Of a DNA stretch of 64,000 nucleotides, positions 29,124 to 37,863 are shown in pieces; position 1 is the stretch's first letter; the number at the start of each line of letters is the position of its first letter. The DNA lies in the NCBI GenBank assembly GCA_000998135.1, contig LCCV01000001.1:8958-72957 (forward strand), read 5' to 3'. A program made the position numbers and the translations under genes. This DNA comes from Parcubacteria group bacterium GW2011_GWA2_42_14. Its GTDB lineage: Bacteria; Patescibacteriota; Minisyncoccia; Sungbacterales; GWA2-42-14. The notes beneath the pieces are model-generated. The model ran no database searches. It saw only the letters and a program-made list of their open reading frames with translations, and was not told where the DNA came from.

Positions 29124-30101
29124 ATGAATACTTCAAACGTAGACAATCTTATAAATCAGTTGAAACAACTTCAATCCGATTTCCATGCTACATTCGGCGT
29201 TACCGATATTATAACAAATAGTAAGATATTTGAGATCCTCATTGCCAACTCCCTTGACCATATTCTTATTCCTGGTCATTCAGGATCTCGCGACGCAAAA
29301 GACGCTACGGGCAAAGAATTCGAATATAAACATTATAAGGAAAGTAGCTCAAATCATTCGTGGACTTTTAATGACTTCTCCGACACTACTATTACCAAAC
29401 TAGCCAATACTAAGGCGGTTATTTTTGCACATATACAGGATGCGGATTTGCCGTTTCCAAAATTTGACTGGTATTACGAAGTGTCAGGCCGAGTAATATC
29501 AGATTATTTGGCAAAAGCTACCCGGAAAATAAAAAATAACAGGAAAATGATCAATGTGAGTCCTAAGCAAATTGAAGAACGCATGGGACTCACCAAACAG
29601 ATAGTAAGTCATTCCTCCGGCCGTTATTCTTCTTGGATCAAACGCATTATTGATGTTGCCGGTAAGATTGAAATTGAAGTCGGTACGGTCGGTATTCTCA
29701 CGAGTAATAAATTTTGGGAAGTTTTAGTTGCGCTTAAGTTGGGTCATAGGGTTCAATCCGAACAGGCCAAACATGACGCCACCGATAAAGCCGGCAATAT
29801 GTACGAGTATAAAGTGGCAAAAGGATCAAGTTGGAGTTTCCAAGATATTTCAAATGATGTTTTGCGTAAATATCTTTCCGACCAAAATATTATTTTGGCT
29901 TGTGTCGATAAGGACGATTTTTTGGTTAAGAAAATATATGTTGCCAACACTAAAAAGATTGTTGGCTTGTTAAGAAAAAAACTGCGTGAAAAAAAACGAC
30001 GGTACTCTCTACTGGGAAAGGAAGTTCGGCGAAAACAAATATCACTTACTGTAAAAGATCTAAGAAATATTCGAACAAAACTGATATATTCGGCTGACTA
30101 A
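29124..30101 (+). CDS. putative restriction endonuclease with two tandem PvuII-like PD-(D/E)XK domains
   Basis: repeat 1 FEILIA..RDAKDATGKEFEYK..SWTFND; repeat 2 WEVLVA..HDATDKAGNMYEYK..SWSFQD; between two MTases. Confidence 0.65.
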   Translation: MNTSNVDNLINQLKQLQSDFHATFGVTDIITNSKIFEILIANSLDHILIPGHSGSRDAKDATGKEFEYKHYKESSSNHSWTFNDFSDTTITKLANTKAVIFAHIQDADLPFPKFDWYYEVSGRVISDYLAKATRKIKNNRKMINVSPKQIEERMGLTKQIVSHSSGRYSSWIKRIIDVAGKIEIEVGTVGILTSNKFWEVLVALKLGHRVQSEQAKHDATDKAGNMYEYKVAKGSSWSFQDISNDVLRKYLSDQNIILACVDKDDFLVKKIYVANTKKIVGLLRKKLREKKRRYSLLGKEVRRKQISLTVKDLRNIRTKLIYSAD

Positions 30102-31432
30102 AATAATTTTTTAGGTAAATTTTCTATTCTGTCCAATGATTGTTTCCAATACTGTTTTGATATCTCAAAACCAATATAATTTCTTTTCGCTTCGATACAA
30201 GCAACTGCGGTGGTCCCGCTACCCATAAATGGATCGAGAACCACATCCCCCTCTTTTGTGGTTAAGTTGATTAGTTTTTTAATCAACTCGACGGGTTTTT
30301 GTGTTGGGTGTATTCTACTTTTTCCTTTTGGTGCTTGAATTTTGATAATATTATGTTCGTAGGTGCTATTCCATACGGCCCCGGGCCTCTTTCCGATCAC
30401 TACCGCTTCCCACGCATTAAGAAATCTGGACTTTGCGTTTAGGGGAATGGGGTCTGGTTTTTGCCAAACAAGAACATCTATTGCTATAAATCCATTTTTT
30501 TCTAAACCATCAATAAAAAATCCGACATCTTTTTTTGCACAAAAGGTCATCATCCAACCCTTTGTCTTTTTTAACGCAATATCAAACCACTCTTTATTAA
30601 ACGTATCCCATTCACCAAAGTTAAAATTTAATTTTGCTGTCGTTCCGAGTCTTTGGCCCTTACAATTAAGCTCCCTGCTAATACCGTATGGGGGATCTGT
30701 TACTATCAAATCAACAGATTCATTGGGAAATTTTTGTAATTCTGCTACAGCATCTCCGCAAATAATTTTATTCAACGGTAGTTTTGAATATTGTTGTACC
30801 AATATTGCGGGCTTAGATTGATTAATTGGAGTAGTACTTTCATTTCTAATAACATCAACGACTATTCCCTGAATGGTGATCTCACGACCATTTTGTAATA
30901 TAATCGGTTCCATGCCTCTATTCGCCGGTTGCAAACGAATATGCCCACGCTCTTTATAAAATTTCTTTAGAGTTGCTTCGTGATTGTCTATAAGAGCTAC
31001 CACCTTCTGTCCGTTCTCGGCTGTTTCTTGTTGACGGACCAAAACAACATCACCGTCGTTGATATTTTCATCCACCATACTATTTCCAACCACGCGGAGA
31101 GCATAAACACCTGACGCATGAGGAAATTTACTTTTTGGTACAGCAATCATCTCTTTTTCTTGGACTGCTTCAATTGGCTCTCCGGCTGCAATAGTTCCCA
31201 ATAAAGGAATTCTTACTAACTTTTCTGTTTTTGAAACTTCGATGCTTCTTCGTTGATTTTTTTGCTTATCCAAATAACCTTTTGTCTTCAATGCTTCAAC
31301 GTGCTGATGAACAGTCGCAACAGATGACAAATGAAAACCCCTCTTAATCTCCTCCAGGGATGGGGAATAACCATATTTCTTATTGTATCCCTTAATAAAA
31401 TCCAGTATTTGTTTTTGTCTTTTTGTAAACAT
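30098..31432 (-). CDS. LexA repressor fused to beta-class DNA methyltransferase
   Basis: LexA wHTH (TKRQ..GYSPSLEEI), IAAG cleavage site, GNSM Ser, TLKK Lys; then VTDPPY, HPTQKP, LDPFMGSGT. Confidence 0.9.
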   Translation of the reverse strand: MFTKRQKQILDFIKGYNKKYGYSPSLEEIKRGFHLSSVATVHQHVEALKTKGYLDKQKNQRRSIEVSKTEKLVRIPLLGTIAAGEPIEAVQEKEMIAVPKSKFPHASGVYALRVVGNSMVDENINDGDVVLVRQQETAENGQKVVALIDNHEATLKKFYKERGHIRLQPANRGMEPIILQNGREITIQGIVVDVIRNESTTPINQSKPAILVQQYSKLPLNKIICGDAVAELQKFPNESVDLIVTDPPYGISRELNCKGQRLGTTAKLNFNFGEWDTFNKEWFDIALKKTKGWMMTFCAKKDVGFFIDGLEKNGFIAIDVLVWQKPDPIPLNAKSRFLNAWEAVVIGKRPGAVWNSTYEHNIIKIQAPKGKSRIHPTQKPVELIKKLINLTTKEGDVVLDPFMGSGTTAVACIEAKRNYIGFEISKQYWKQSLDRIENLPKKLF

Positions 31433-31458
31433 GTTGATTTTATTATAAAATATACTAT

Positions 31459-31486
31459 ACCGAAAGAAAACCGAAAGTTATCCACA
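31459..31486 (-). promoter_or_regulatory. candidate LexA operator (ACCGAAAG x2, 11-bp period) plus DnaA-box consensus
   Basis: repeats at 31459-31466 and 31470-31477 abut a minus-strand TATAGT; TTATCCACA at 31478-31486. Confidence 0.5.
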
Positions 31487-31716
31487 GTTAAGCACTTGTA
31501 CTTACGAATAACTGTTATAGAATAATTTTGAAACGCGTTTTTTATAAGGATGGCGGGAATGAAATGACCATCCATGCAACTCTGCTACGCGGGGGGTCAT
31601 TAGGCCTGTTGCTTATTAAGATTTTAGCCGTTTTTTTAAAAAATTAGTGGCTTAAAATAAGGGTTTTTTGCATCAAATTTTCCCAAAAAATTATTAAGCA
31701 ACATCATATTTTTCCA

Positions 31717-32376
31717 GTGTCCTGGTATCCGGATTCAACCCCCGAAAACCTTGAAAAATGGACTGCTCCTTCCTGTGAAGAGTGTAATCAGAAACTTGGA
31801 AAAATTGAATCTGAAATATGCCTTCGGGTTGGACCTGCTACAAATCCATCTGATTCGGCCGCATCAGGGATTGCCGAGTCAACCATGCGAAGAATTAAGC
31901 CCGATTTAGCCCGAGATTCGCGAAGCAAGGGAAGAAAGATTGCCGAATTAAAAAAACTTTTTAAGGAGTTCGTAGTAACGACAAATTTACCTCCTGCGAT
32001 AATGAAAAACTTTGGCCCAAGTAATAAAAGCACACGTTATCATATTCTTTTCCTCCCTTATGATAAACTACTTGATCCTTTTGCTGAAAAAATTATTAGG
32101 GGACTTGAATATAAATTATACAATCGATTTGTAACCCGTGATAAAATCATAAGACCAGTATATCTTCCGGACTCAACCCATTTTAATGAAATCGAACAAC
32201 TAAAAGAAATTATTAAACAAAACGGAAAAGAAACAAATCGGGGTCCGGGATTTATTATTGAACATGCACACGACAAACATGGTACGTTTTTATATCACAT
32301 AACAATCTGGGGTAAATTTAAATTTTGGGCTGATGTGACTTCTAAGCATTTGGAGGGTGGTTCTAACCAAATCTGA
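31717..32376 (+). CDS. HNH-like protein, 5' end apparently degenerate
   Basis: in-frame upstream HHIFPVSWYP then APSCEECN; no intact N-terminal CxxC or start before the stop at 31645. Confidence 0.5.
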   Translation: MSWYPDSTPENLEKWTAPSCEECNQKLGKIESEICLRVGPATNPSDSAASGIAESTMRRIKPDLARDSRSKGRKIAELKKLFKEFVVTTNLPPAIMKNFGPSNKSTRYHILFLPYDKLLDPFAEKIIRGLEYKLYNRFVTRDKIIRPVYLPDSTHFNEIEQLKEIIKQNGKETNRGPGFIIEHAHDKHGTFLYHITIWGKFKFWADVTSKHLEGGSNQI

Positions 32377-32771
32377 AATTTCTTAAAAAATCACAAATTA
32401 GCGTTTGTATTACACCGTGCCCCCAACAAATTCATATTAAAAATGATAGTTTTCTGAAAAGAAACAGGTTCTCCTCCTTCGTTAAAACTTAGGCGGACAA
32501 GTAACTTGATTCATTAACCTCCATGCTAAAACAAAAAATCCCTCAAGAGATTTTTTGTTCGCATACACGCGCCTTCGGCAAATTAGGACACCATTTTTTG
32601 AAAAAGGCCGCCTGTCTTCCATACCTAACGGCTTTTCCAGTGCAACAATAAGATTTTTTTGCTGAAGCTCAAGGTTTTCCACCATAGAAACGGCGAGTAT
32701 GCGTTTAAAATATCTTTTTTGCAATTACAAAAAGTTGACACCCATTTTTTCCGCCGTGTTATAATAAATTC

Positions 32772-33593
32772 ATGCCCGTAACATTCATCCCAACCCTTCT
32801 TGAATACGCAGGGGCCATACTCCCGTGGCTTGTTTTTGGTTCATTTATTGCCTACGCTGTTGAACGCCGCGTTTCGAAAGAAAGAATCAAAAAATACTTC
32901 GGCACGGCGACGGTGGGTAAATTTGTTTTCGCGCAGATTTTGGGAATGATTTCGCCGTTAAGCATCATGTCACAGTTGCCAGTTGCCGGTTCACTCGTGA
33001 AACTCGGAGCGCACCCCGGGCTTCTCTTGAGCTTCTTCGTCGCTGAGCGCGCGTACGACTTACAGTCGTTTCCCATTATCATCGGATTATTCGGGTTGAA
33101 ATTCGCCGTTCTGAACGCGGCAGCGATTTTCTTATCATTGCTTATAGCCGCCCTCGCGGTTCGCAATCTTTCCCTAACCGTAAAATCAGGCGCGGCTCCG
33201 GACTATAGCGGTTTTTGGACACGGCAAGGTAAAATCGCGGGCGTCGTGGTCATTGGCATCATAATTGGCGCAGCGCTCCGGGCGCTCGCGCCCGAAAACG
33301 CGTTCCGCGAAATCACGCATGAACCATTCGGCGGAATTCTAACGGCGCTTGCGATCGGTTTTGTGCTTTACTTCGGCACCATTCTCGGCAATTACCCGAC
33401 TGCAAAAGCATTTGCCGATCTTGGCATGCATCCTGCCGGCGTATTCGCCTTCATGACCGTTTCTCCCGTTTTCAATATAGTCATCATGTTCTTATTTGCC
33501 TCGGCTATACAGCCCCGATTCATCTTCCGGCAATTCGGCATCTACGCGATAACCGCGCTCTTGCTTACCGTCGCCTCCTCTTTACTATTATAA
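32772..33593 (+). CDS. DUF318/ArsP-like permease
   Basis: two repeated membrane halves with LPVA..G-HPG and YPTA..GMHPAG. Confidence 0.7.
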   Translation: MPVTFIPTLLEYAGAILPWLVFGSFIAYAVERRVSKERIKKYFGTATVGKFVFAQILGMISPLSIMSQLPVAGSLVKLGAHPGLLLSFFVAERAYDLQSFPIIIGLFGLKFAVLNAAAIFLSLLIAALAVRNLSLTVKSGAAPDYSGFWTRQGKIAGVVVIGIIIGAALRALAPENAFREITHEPFGGILTALAIGFVLYFGTILGNYPTAKAFADLGMHPAGVFAFMTVSPVFNIVIMFLFASAIQPRFIFRQFGIYAITALLLTVASSLLL

Positions 33594-33750
33594 ATATAAA
33601 ATCTTGTTTGTCTGTCATATAGACAAATTCAAAATCCAAACACAAATTCTGTCATTCAACAGAATCCCCTCGACACAGTTCAAGACAGACAACTTGTTAC
33701 GGCATTGCATAATTCAGAAAAACTGTTAGAATGACGGCAGCCCAATAATA

Positions 33751-34242
33751 ATGGGGAAGAAGATACGCATGCTTCAACCAAAAGTAGTATCCGACTCAAG
33801 CATGGAATTTTACCCGTATGAGATATTTCCCAACGACCTTAATCCTAATAACACGGTATTCGGCGGCACGGTTTTACAACTGATAGACCGCATAGCAGGC
33901 GGCATTGCCCAGCGCCACACGAGCAAAGTATGCGTAACGCTTTTTATTGATTCCGTAAGATTTTTAGCTCCAGGACGGCAAGGTGAAACACTTGTCTTTA
34001 AAGGCGCGGTTAATCGCGCATGGAACACCTCAATGGAAATAGGAATCAAGGTCTATGCGAAGAATTTTCGCACAGGAGAAGAACGGCATATTGTTTCAGC
34101 ATATCTTACATTCGTCGCCCTTGACGACAACGGACACCCGACCCCAATACCGCCAATTATGCCAAAAACAGAGGACGAAAAGCGCCGGTTCAACGAAGCC
34201 CAAACCCGCCGGGAACACCGGCTTGCCGTCGGAAAAAGATAA
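33751..34242 (+). CDS. HotDog-fold acyl-CoA thioesterase (YciA-like)
   Basis: PNDLN--TVFGG, TSMEIG, AYLTFVALD. Confidence 0.9.
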   Translation: MGKKIRMLQPKVVSDSSMEFYPYEIFPNDLNPNNTVFGGTVLQLIDRIAGGIAQRHTSKVCVTLFIDSVRFLAPGRQGETLVFKGAVNRAWNTSMEIGIKVYAKNFRTGEERHIVSAYLTFVALDDNGHPTPIPPIMPKTEDEKRRFNEAQTRREHRLAVGKR

Positions 34243-34340
34243 GATTTATTCGCCGCACTTTGCGGCTTTTTTATTTTTTACTCTTACACCGTAAACCCTC
34301 TGTATTCATTCTGAATTTTATAGTATACTGTAACTATTAC

Positions 34341-34634
34341 ATGAACACTATTATTAAAGCAGATATTTTTTTCTTCATTACCACGATTGCGGTTATTGCG
34401 CTTTCCGCTGTTTTTGTGGTAATTTTGATATATGTAATCCGCATTTTAAGGAATGTTAAAGATATTTCCGGGGACGTAAAACACATCTCGGACCAGGCGC
34501 GAAAAGGAAGCGATGTGCTCGCTAAAGATATATCCGAATTAAGAAATGATGTTAAAAAAAGGGGCGTAAGATTGAAAGAATTGCTTAATTTTTTCAAAAA
34601 TATTTTTATCATAAACAAAGGTCGAAAACGTTAA
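34341..34634 (+). CDS. small membrane protein (DUF948-like)
   Basis: N-terminal TM then coiled segment; start MNTIIK. Confidence 0.6.
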   Translation: MNTIIKADIFFFITTIAVIALSAVFVVILIYVIRILRNVKDISGDVKHISDQARKGSDVLAKDISELRNDVKKRGVRLKELLNFFKNIFIINKGRKR

Positions 34635-34650
34635 TTCAAAACAAATCAAC

Positions 34651-35007
34651 ATGAAAAAAATAACAAAAATAAAAATTGCCACGGGGGTCAAAATTGGAGC
34701 CGCGACTGCAGCGGCCGCGGGAGTAGCCGCCGGAATATATCTTCTCTCCGGAAAACACGGCGCGAAAAACCGTAAAAAACTTAAAGGATGGGCGACCAAG
34801 GCGCGAAAAGAAGTTGCTTATGAAATGAAGCGCCTTAAAAAATTTGACAGGAAAGCATACGAAAAAATACTCCAAGGAGTCGCCATGAGGTATAAATCCC
34901 TAAGGGGGGTTAGCTCTCAGGAAATTAAAAAGGTTTTAGGAGAACTCCGGGGGGACTGGAAAAATATACAAAAACACGTTTCGCAAATCGCGCAAAATAA
35001 AAAATAG
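34651..35007 (+). CDS. YtxH-like protein
   Basis: Ala/Gly-rich helix AAAAAGVAAGIYLLSGKHGAKNRKK. Confidence 0.65.
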   Translation: MKKITKIKIATGVKIGAATAAAAGVAAGIYLLSGKHGAKNRKKLKGWATKARKEVAYEMKRLKKFDRKAYEKILQGVAMRYKSLRGVSSQEIKKVLGELRGDWKNIQKHVSQIAQNKK

Positions 35008-35334
35008 CCCCATATACCCGCGCAAAACAGTTCTAAAGAATATATCTAATGTGTATTAAAAAAGGCCAGCATATATGCTGGCCTTTTTGGTTATCAAATT
35101 AATTGTGAAAGGAAGAGATAATACGATTGAAAAACTATATTAAAAAATCCAGTAAATACTGGTTTTTTCGCACGTGCTATTGACTTTTTATTTTAAAAAT
35201 GCTATAATTAAATTACAAAAAATAGTTCTTTTTCATACCACTTTTCTTGCGACACAATAGGTTAGAAAGAATTCTGCCTTATTGCGTCGCAAGAAATCAA
35301 CGAAACAAAACCCAAACCATTACGAAGGAGCGAG

Positions 35335-35622
35335 ATGACACGGGAAGAGTTTGCCGCACGAATCCATTGGTCCTGGATAATCTGGTTTTTGGGTATTGTC
35401 AACATCGTCGCGGTGCTGCCGCAGTTCGCGCAGCTCTGGCTGACGAGAAAAACTGAGGGTTTGTCGCTCACGATGTTCACTCTCATTTTCCTCGTACAGG
35501 TGGCATATAGCCTGCAGGGATTCTTCAGGCGAGATGCCATGCTGATGTGGACCGTAGGACTTGCCGGCATCCTTTCACTCGCCACGATATTCTCGGCTCT
35601 CTTCATGCGATACTTCAACTAA
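35335..35622 (+). CDS. SemiSWEET/PQ-loop family transporter
   Basis: three TM helices, LPQ..KTEGLS; SD AAGGAG; TTGACT(35180)-17-TATAAT(35203). Confidence 0.8.
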   Translation: MTREEFAARIHWSWIIWFLGIVNIVAVLPQFAQLWLTRKTEGLSLTMFTLIFLVQVAYSLQGFFRRDAMLMWTVGLAGILSLATIFSALFMRYFN

Positions 35623-35650
35623 AAAGAAACCCGGCAAAGGAGGAATGATC

Positions 35651-36061
35651 ATGAATGACCTACGTGTTATGGCGGCTCTCGCTGGAATATTCTTTGGTCT
35701 ATGGCCGCTCTTCATGAACCGAAGCGGCCTCACGGGAAACGTGTCATCTGCCGCGTTCTGCGTTGCGGCCTTCATAGGGGTGCTGCCATTCGCTATCAAG
35801 AGCGGCGTGGCATCGCTTGCCACAGCCAATTGGCTGATGGTGGCATTCGCGGGTCTGTTCGGGGCTCTCGGTCTGTTGTCCTTCAATGGCATGCTAGCCG
35901 GATCCTCGATTCAGAACGTCGGAAACATGTTCGTCCTCATGACTGTTGTACAAATCGTCGTGGCGTCGGTGTATCAAGCCATGATGAACGGACACGTGTC
36001 CATCGACAAAATTGGTGGATATGTTGCTGCTGCGATGGCGGCGTACTTGCTACTTCGCTGA
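35651..36061 (+). CDS. small multi-pass membrane protein (DMT/EamA-like)
   Basis: about five TM segments, SD AGGAGG; hairpin terminator 36077-36135. Confidence 0.65.
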   Translation: MNDLRVMAALAGIFFGLWPLFMNRSGLTGNVSSAAFCVAAFIGVLPFAIKSGVASLATANWLMVAFAGLFGALGLLSFNGMLAGSSIQNVGNMFVLMTVVQIVVASVYQAMMNGHVSIDKIGGYVAAAMAAYLLLR

Positions 36062-36177
36062 ACAACCACCACAATACCGCCGGACAAACCCCTTCGAGGA
36101 AAACCTCAGGGTAAGTCCGGCGGGATTTTCTTTTTCAGACAAACTTAAAATCAAAACTCAAATATCGGCACCGTATT

Positions 36178-36852
36178 CTAATTCCACCTGATTTCCTCTA
36201 TTCCATGCTCTTTTAGATACAGGTTGGCTTTGCTGAAATGCCGGCAACCGAAAAAACCGTTATTCGCGGAAAACGGCGACGGATGCGCGGCTTCAAGCAC
36301 CAGGTGTTTTTTGCGGTCAATTATCATCCCTTTATTTTTTGCGTAGTTGCCCCACAGCATAAAAACGAGGTGTTCGCGCCCACTTGATAATTTTGCGATA
36401 GCGGCGTCGGTAAATTTTTCCCACCCCCTGTTCTGATGCGAACCGGGAATATTTGCCCGAACCGTCAGCGTTGCGTTTAAAAGCAACACCCCCTGTTTTG
36501 CCCAACGCGACAAATCCCCGCCACTCTCAGGGACCATATGGAGGTCTGTTTCAATTTCTTTAAAAATATTTTGTAAGGACGGCGGAAAAGTGATGTGTTC
36601 GTTCACCGCAAAACAAAGTCCATTTGCTTGTTTTGCTCCGTGATAAGGGTCCTGGCCCAAAATAACCACTTTTACCCGGTCATATGGACACATATCAAAT
36701 GCCCGAAATACGTCTTTCGGGTGAGGATAAATCTTATGTTTTACATATTCTTCCCGCACGAAACACGAAAGCTCTTTGAAGTACGGCTTTTCAAACTCCT
36801 CTGTAAGGGCATTTTTCCATAACGGTTCCATGCGTATGGTTGCCACTGTCAT
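36178..36852 (-). CDS. ung: uracil-DNA glycosylase
   Basis: GQDPYH, QGVLLLN, HPSPFS. Confidence 0.96.
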   Translation of the reverse strand: MTVATIRMEPLWKNALTEEFEKPYFKELSCFVREEYVKHKIYPHPKDVFRAFDMCPYDRVKVVILGQDPYHGAKQANGLCFAVNEHITFPPSLQNIFKEIETDLHMVPESGGDLSRWAKQGVLLLNATLTVRANIPGSHQNRGWEKFTDAAIAKLSSGREHLVFMLWGNYAKNKGMIIDRKKHLVLEAAHPSPFSANNGFFGCRHFSKANLYLKEHGIEEIRWN

Positions 36853-37029
36853 GGGTTGATTGTAGCGAGAATCATTTTCAATAACAACCCCCTTTATCCC
36901 GAAAATTTGTGAAACGAATAGTCGGAAATTAAAAAACTTTATTAAAAATTATTTGACTTTTGAATAATTGGTTATATAGTGTTTATATAATACGGATATA
37001 TTATTTAACATAAACAGGGGATACAAAAA

Positions 37030-37566
37030 ATGATGGATTGTAAACGGTTCATTGAATACATCTCCTTTGCCGCAACGGCTCATCAAGAAAAAGTATTGCC
37101 TACCGCTAAGGCGCTGCGCACATTTCCAAGCGGAGAAAAGACGCCATATTTTACGCACCCTCTTTGGTGCGCGGTAATGCTTTGGCTTGATTCCGATTTA
37201 CCTGAAAGCATCCGTTACCCCGGCGCAGAAACGCTTCTCTTCCATGATATCCTTGAAGATACGTCAGCGCCGTTGCCGGAAGATATCTCGGACGAAGTAA
37301 AACATCTTGTTCAAGAAATGACATACCAAGGCGGTTTTAACGAAGAAAAAACGGCTGTTCTAACCAAACCGCCTTTAATTCAATTATTAAAGCTCTACGA
37401 TAAAACCGCGACACTATACGATGGCGATATAAAACCGGGAAGAATTCAAGAGTGGACGGAGTTTATGCTGAAACTTATCAATACTGTAGAGCGCGAATAT
37501 GGAACCCTGAATATCGTTCTCTTCGCGCGAGAACTTATCAAAAAATACCGAGCACCAGCTCAATAG
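37030..37566 (+). CDS. HD-domain protein, SpoT/Mesh1-like hydrolase
   Basis: FA--AH, PYFTHP, LFHDILEDT, LKLYDK. Confidence 0.75.
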   Translation: MMDCKRFIEYISFAATAHQEKVLPTAKALRTFPSGEKTPYFTHPLWCAVMLWLDSDLPESIRYPGAETLLFHDILEDTSAPLPEDISDEVKHLVQEMTYQGGFNEEKTAVLTKPPLIQLLKLYDKTATLYDGDIKPGRIQEWTEFMLKLINTVEREYGTLNIVLFARELIKKYRAPAQ

Positions 37567-37594
37567 ATGGCCGGGAATACCCGGCTTTTTTTAT

Positions 37595-37830
37595 TCTCCT
37601 TCGCCGAATACCGACCGGCTTGGTTTACTCCGCCGAAGTAGCTTCGCCCGTCCTCCGTCCATCCTTCACAGCCGAAGCGGCTGCTTCGGCGGAGTAGGCC
37701 AGTAGCTCTGCTACGTAGGATGGAGCTACGAAGACTGGGCTGGTCGGAGCTTCATTTCGTCCGCAAGCAATTCGCTTCGCTAACGTGAAGTGAATCCGCG
37801 CCGCTTGTCGGGACTGGATACGAAAACGAA
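37595..37830. repeat. cluster of REP-like palindromes
   Basis: TACTCCGCCGAAG...CTTCGGCGGAGTA and other nested inverted repeats between convergent genes. Confidence 0.65.
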
Positions 37831-37863
37831 GTGAAAATTTTTTCCAAAAAAAATAAAAACCCG

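Noticed and set aside
27654-32450. intact prophage at tmRNA
   Set aside because: no integrase, structural or replication genes
32482-32724. 80-aa minus-strand ORF
   Set aside because: no motif, weak start, lies across the upstream region of the permease
36077-36135. GAGGAAAA...AAGTCCGG resembling the RNase P 5' motif
   Set aside because: fully explained as a terminator hairpin; remaining RNase P elements absent
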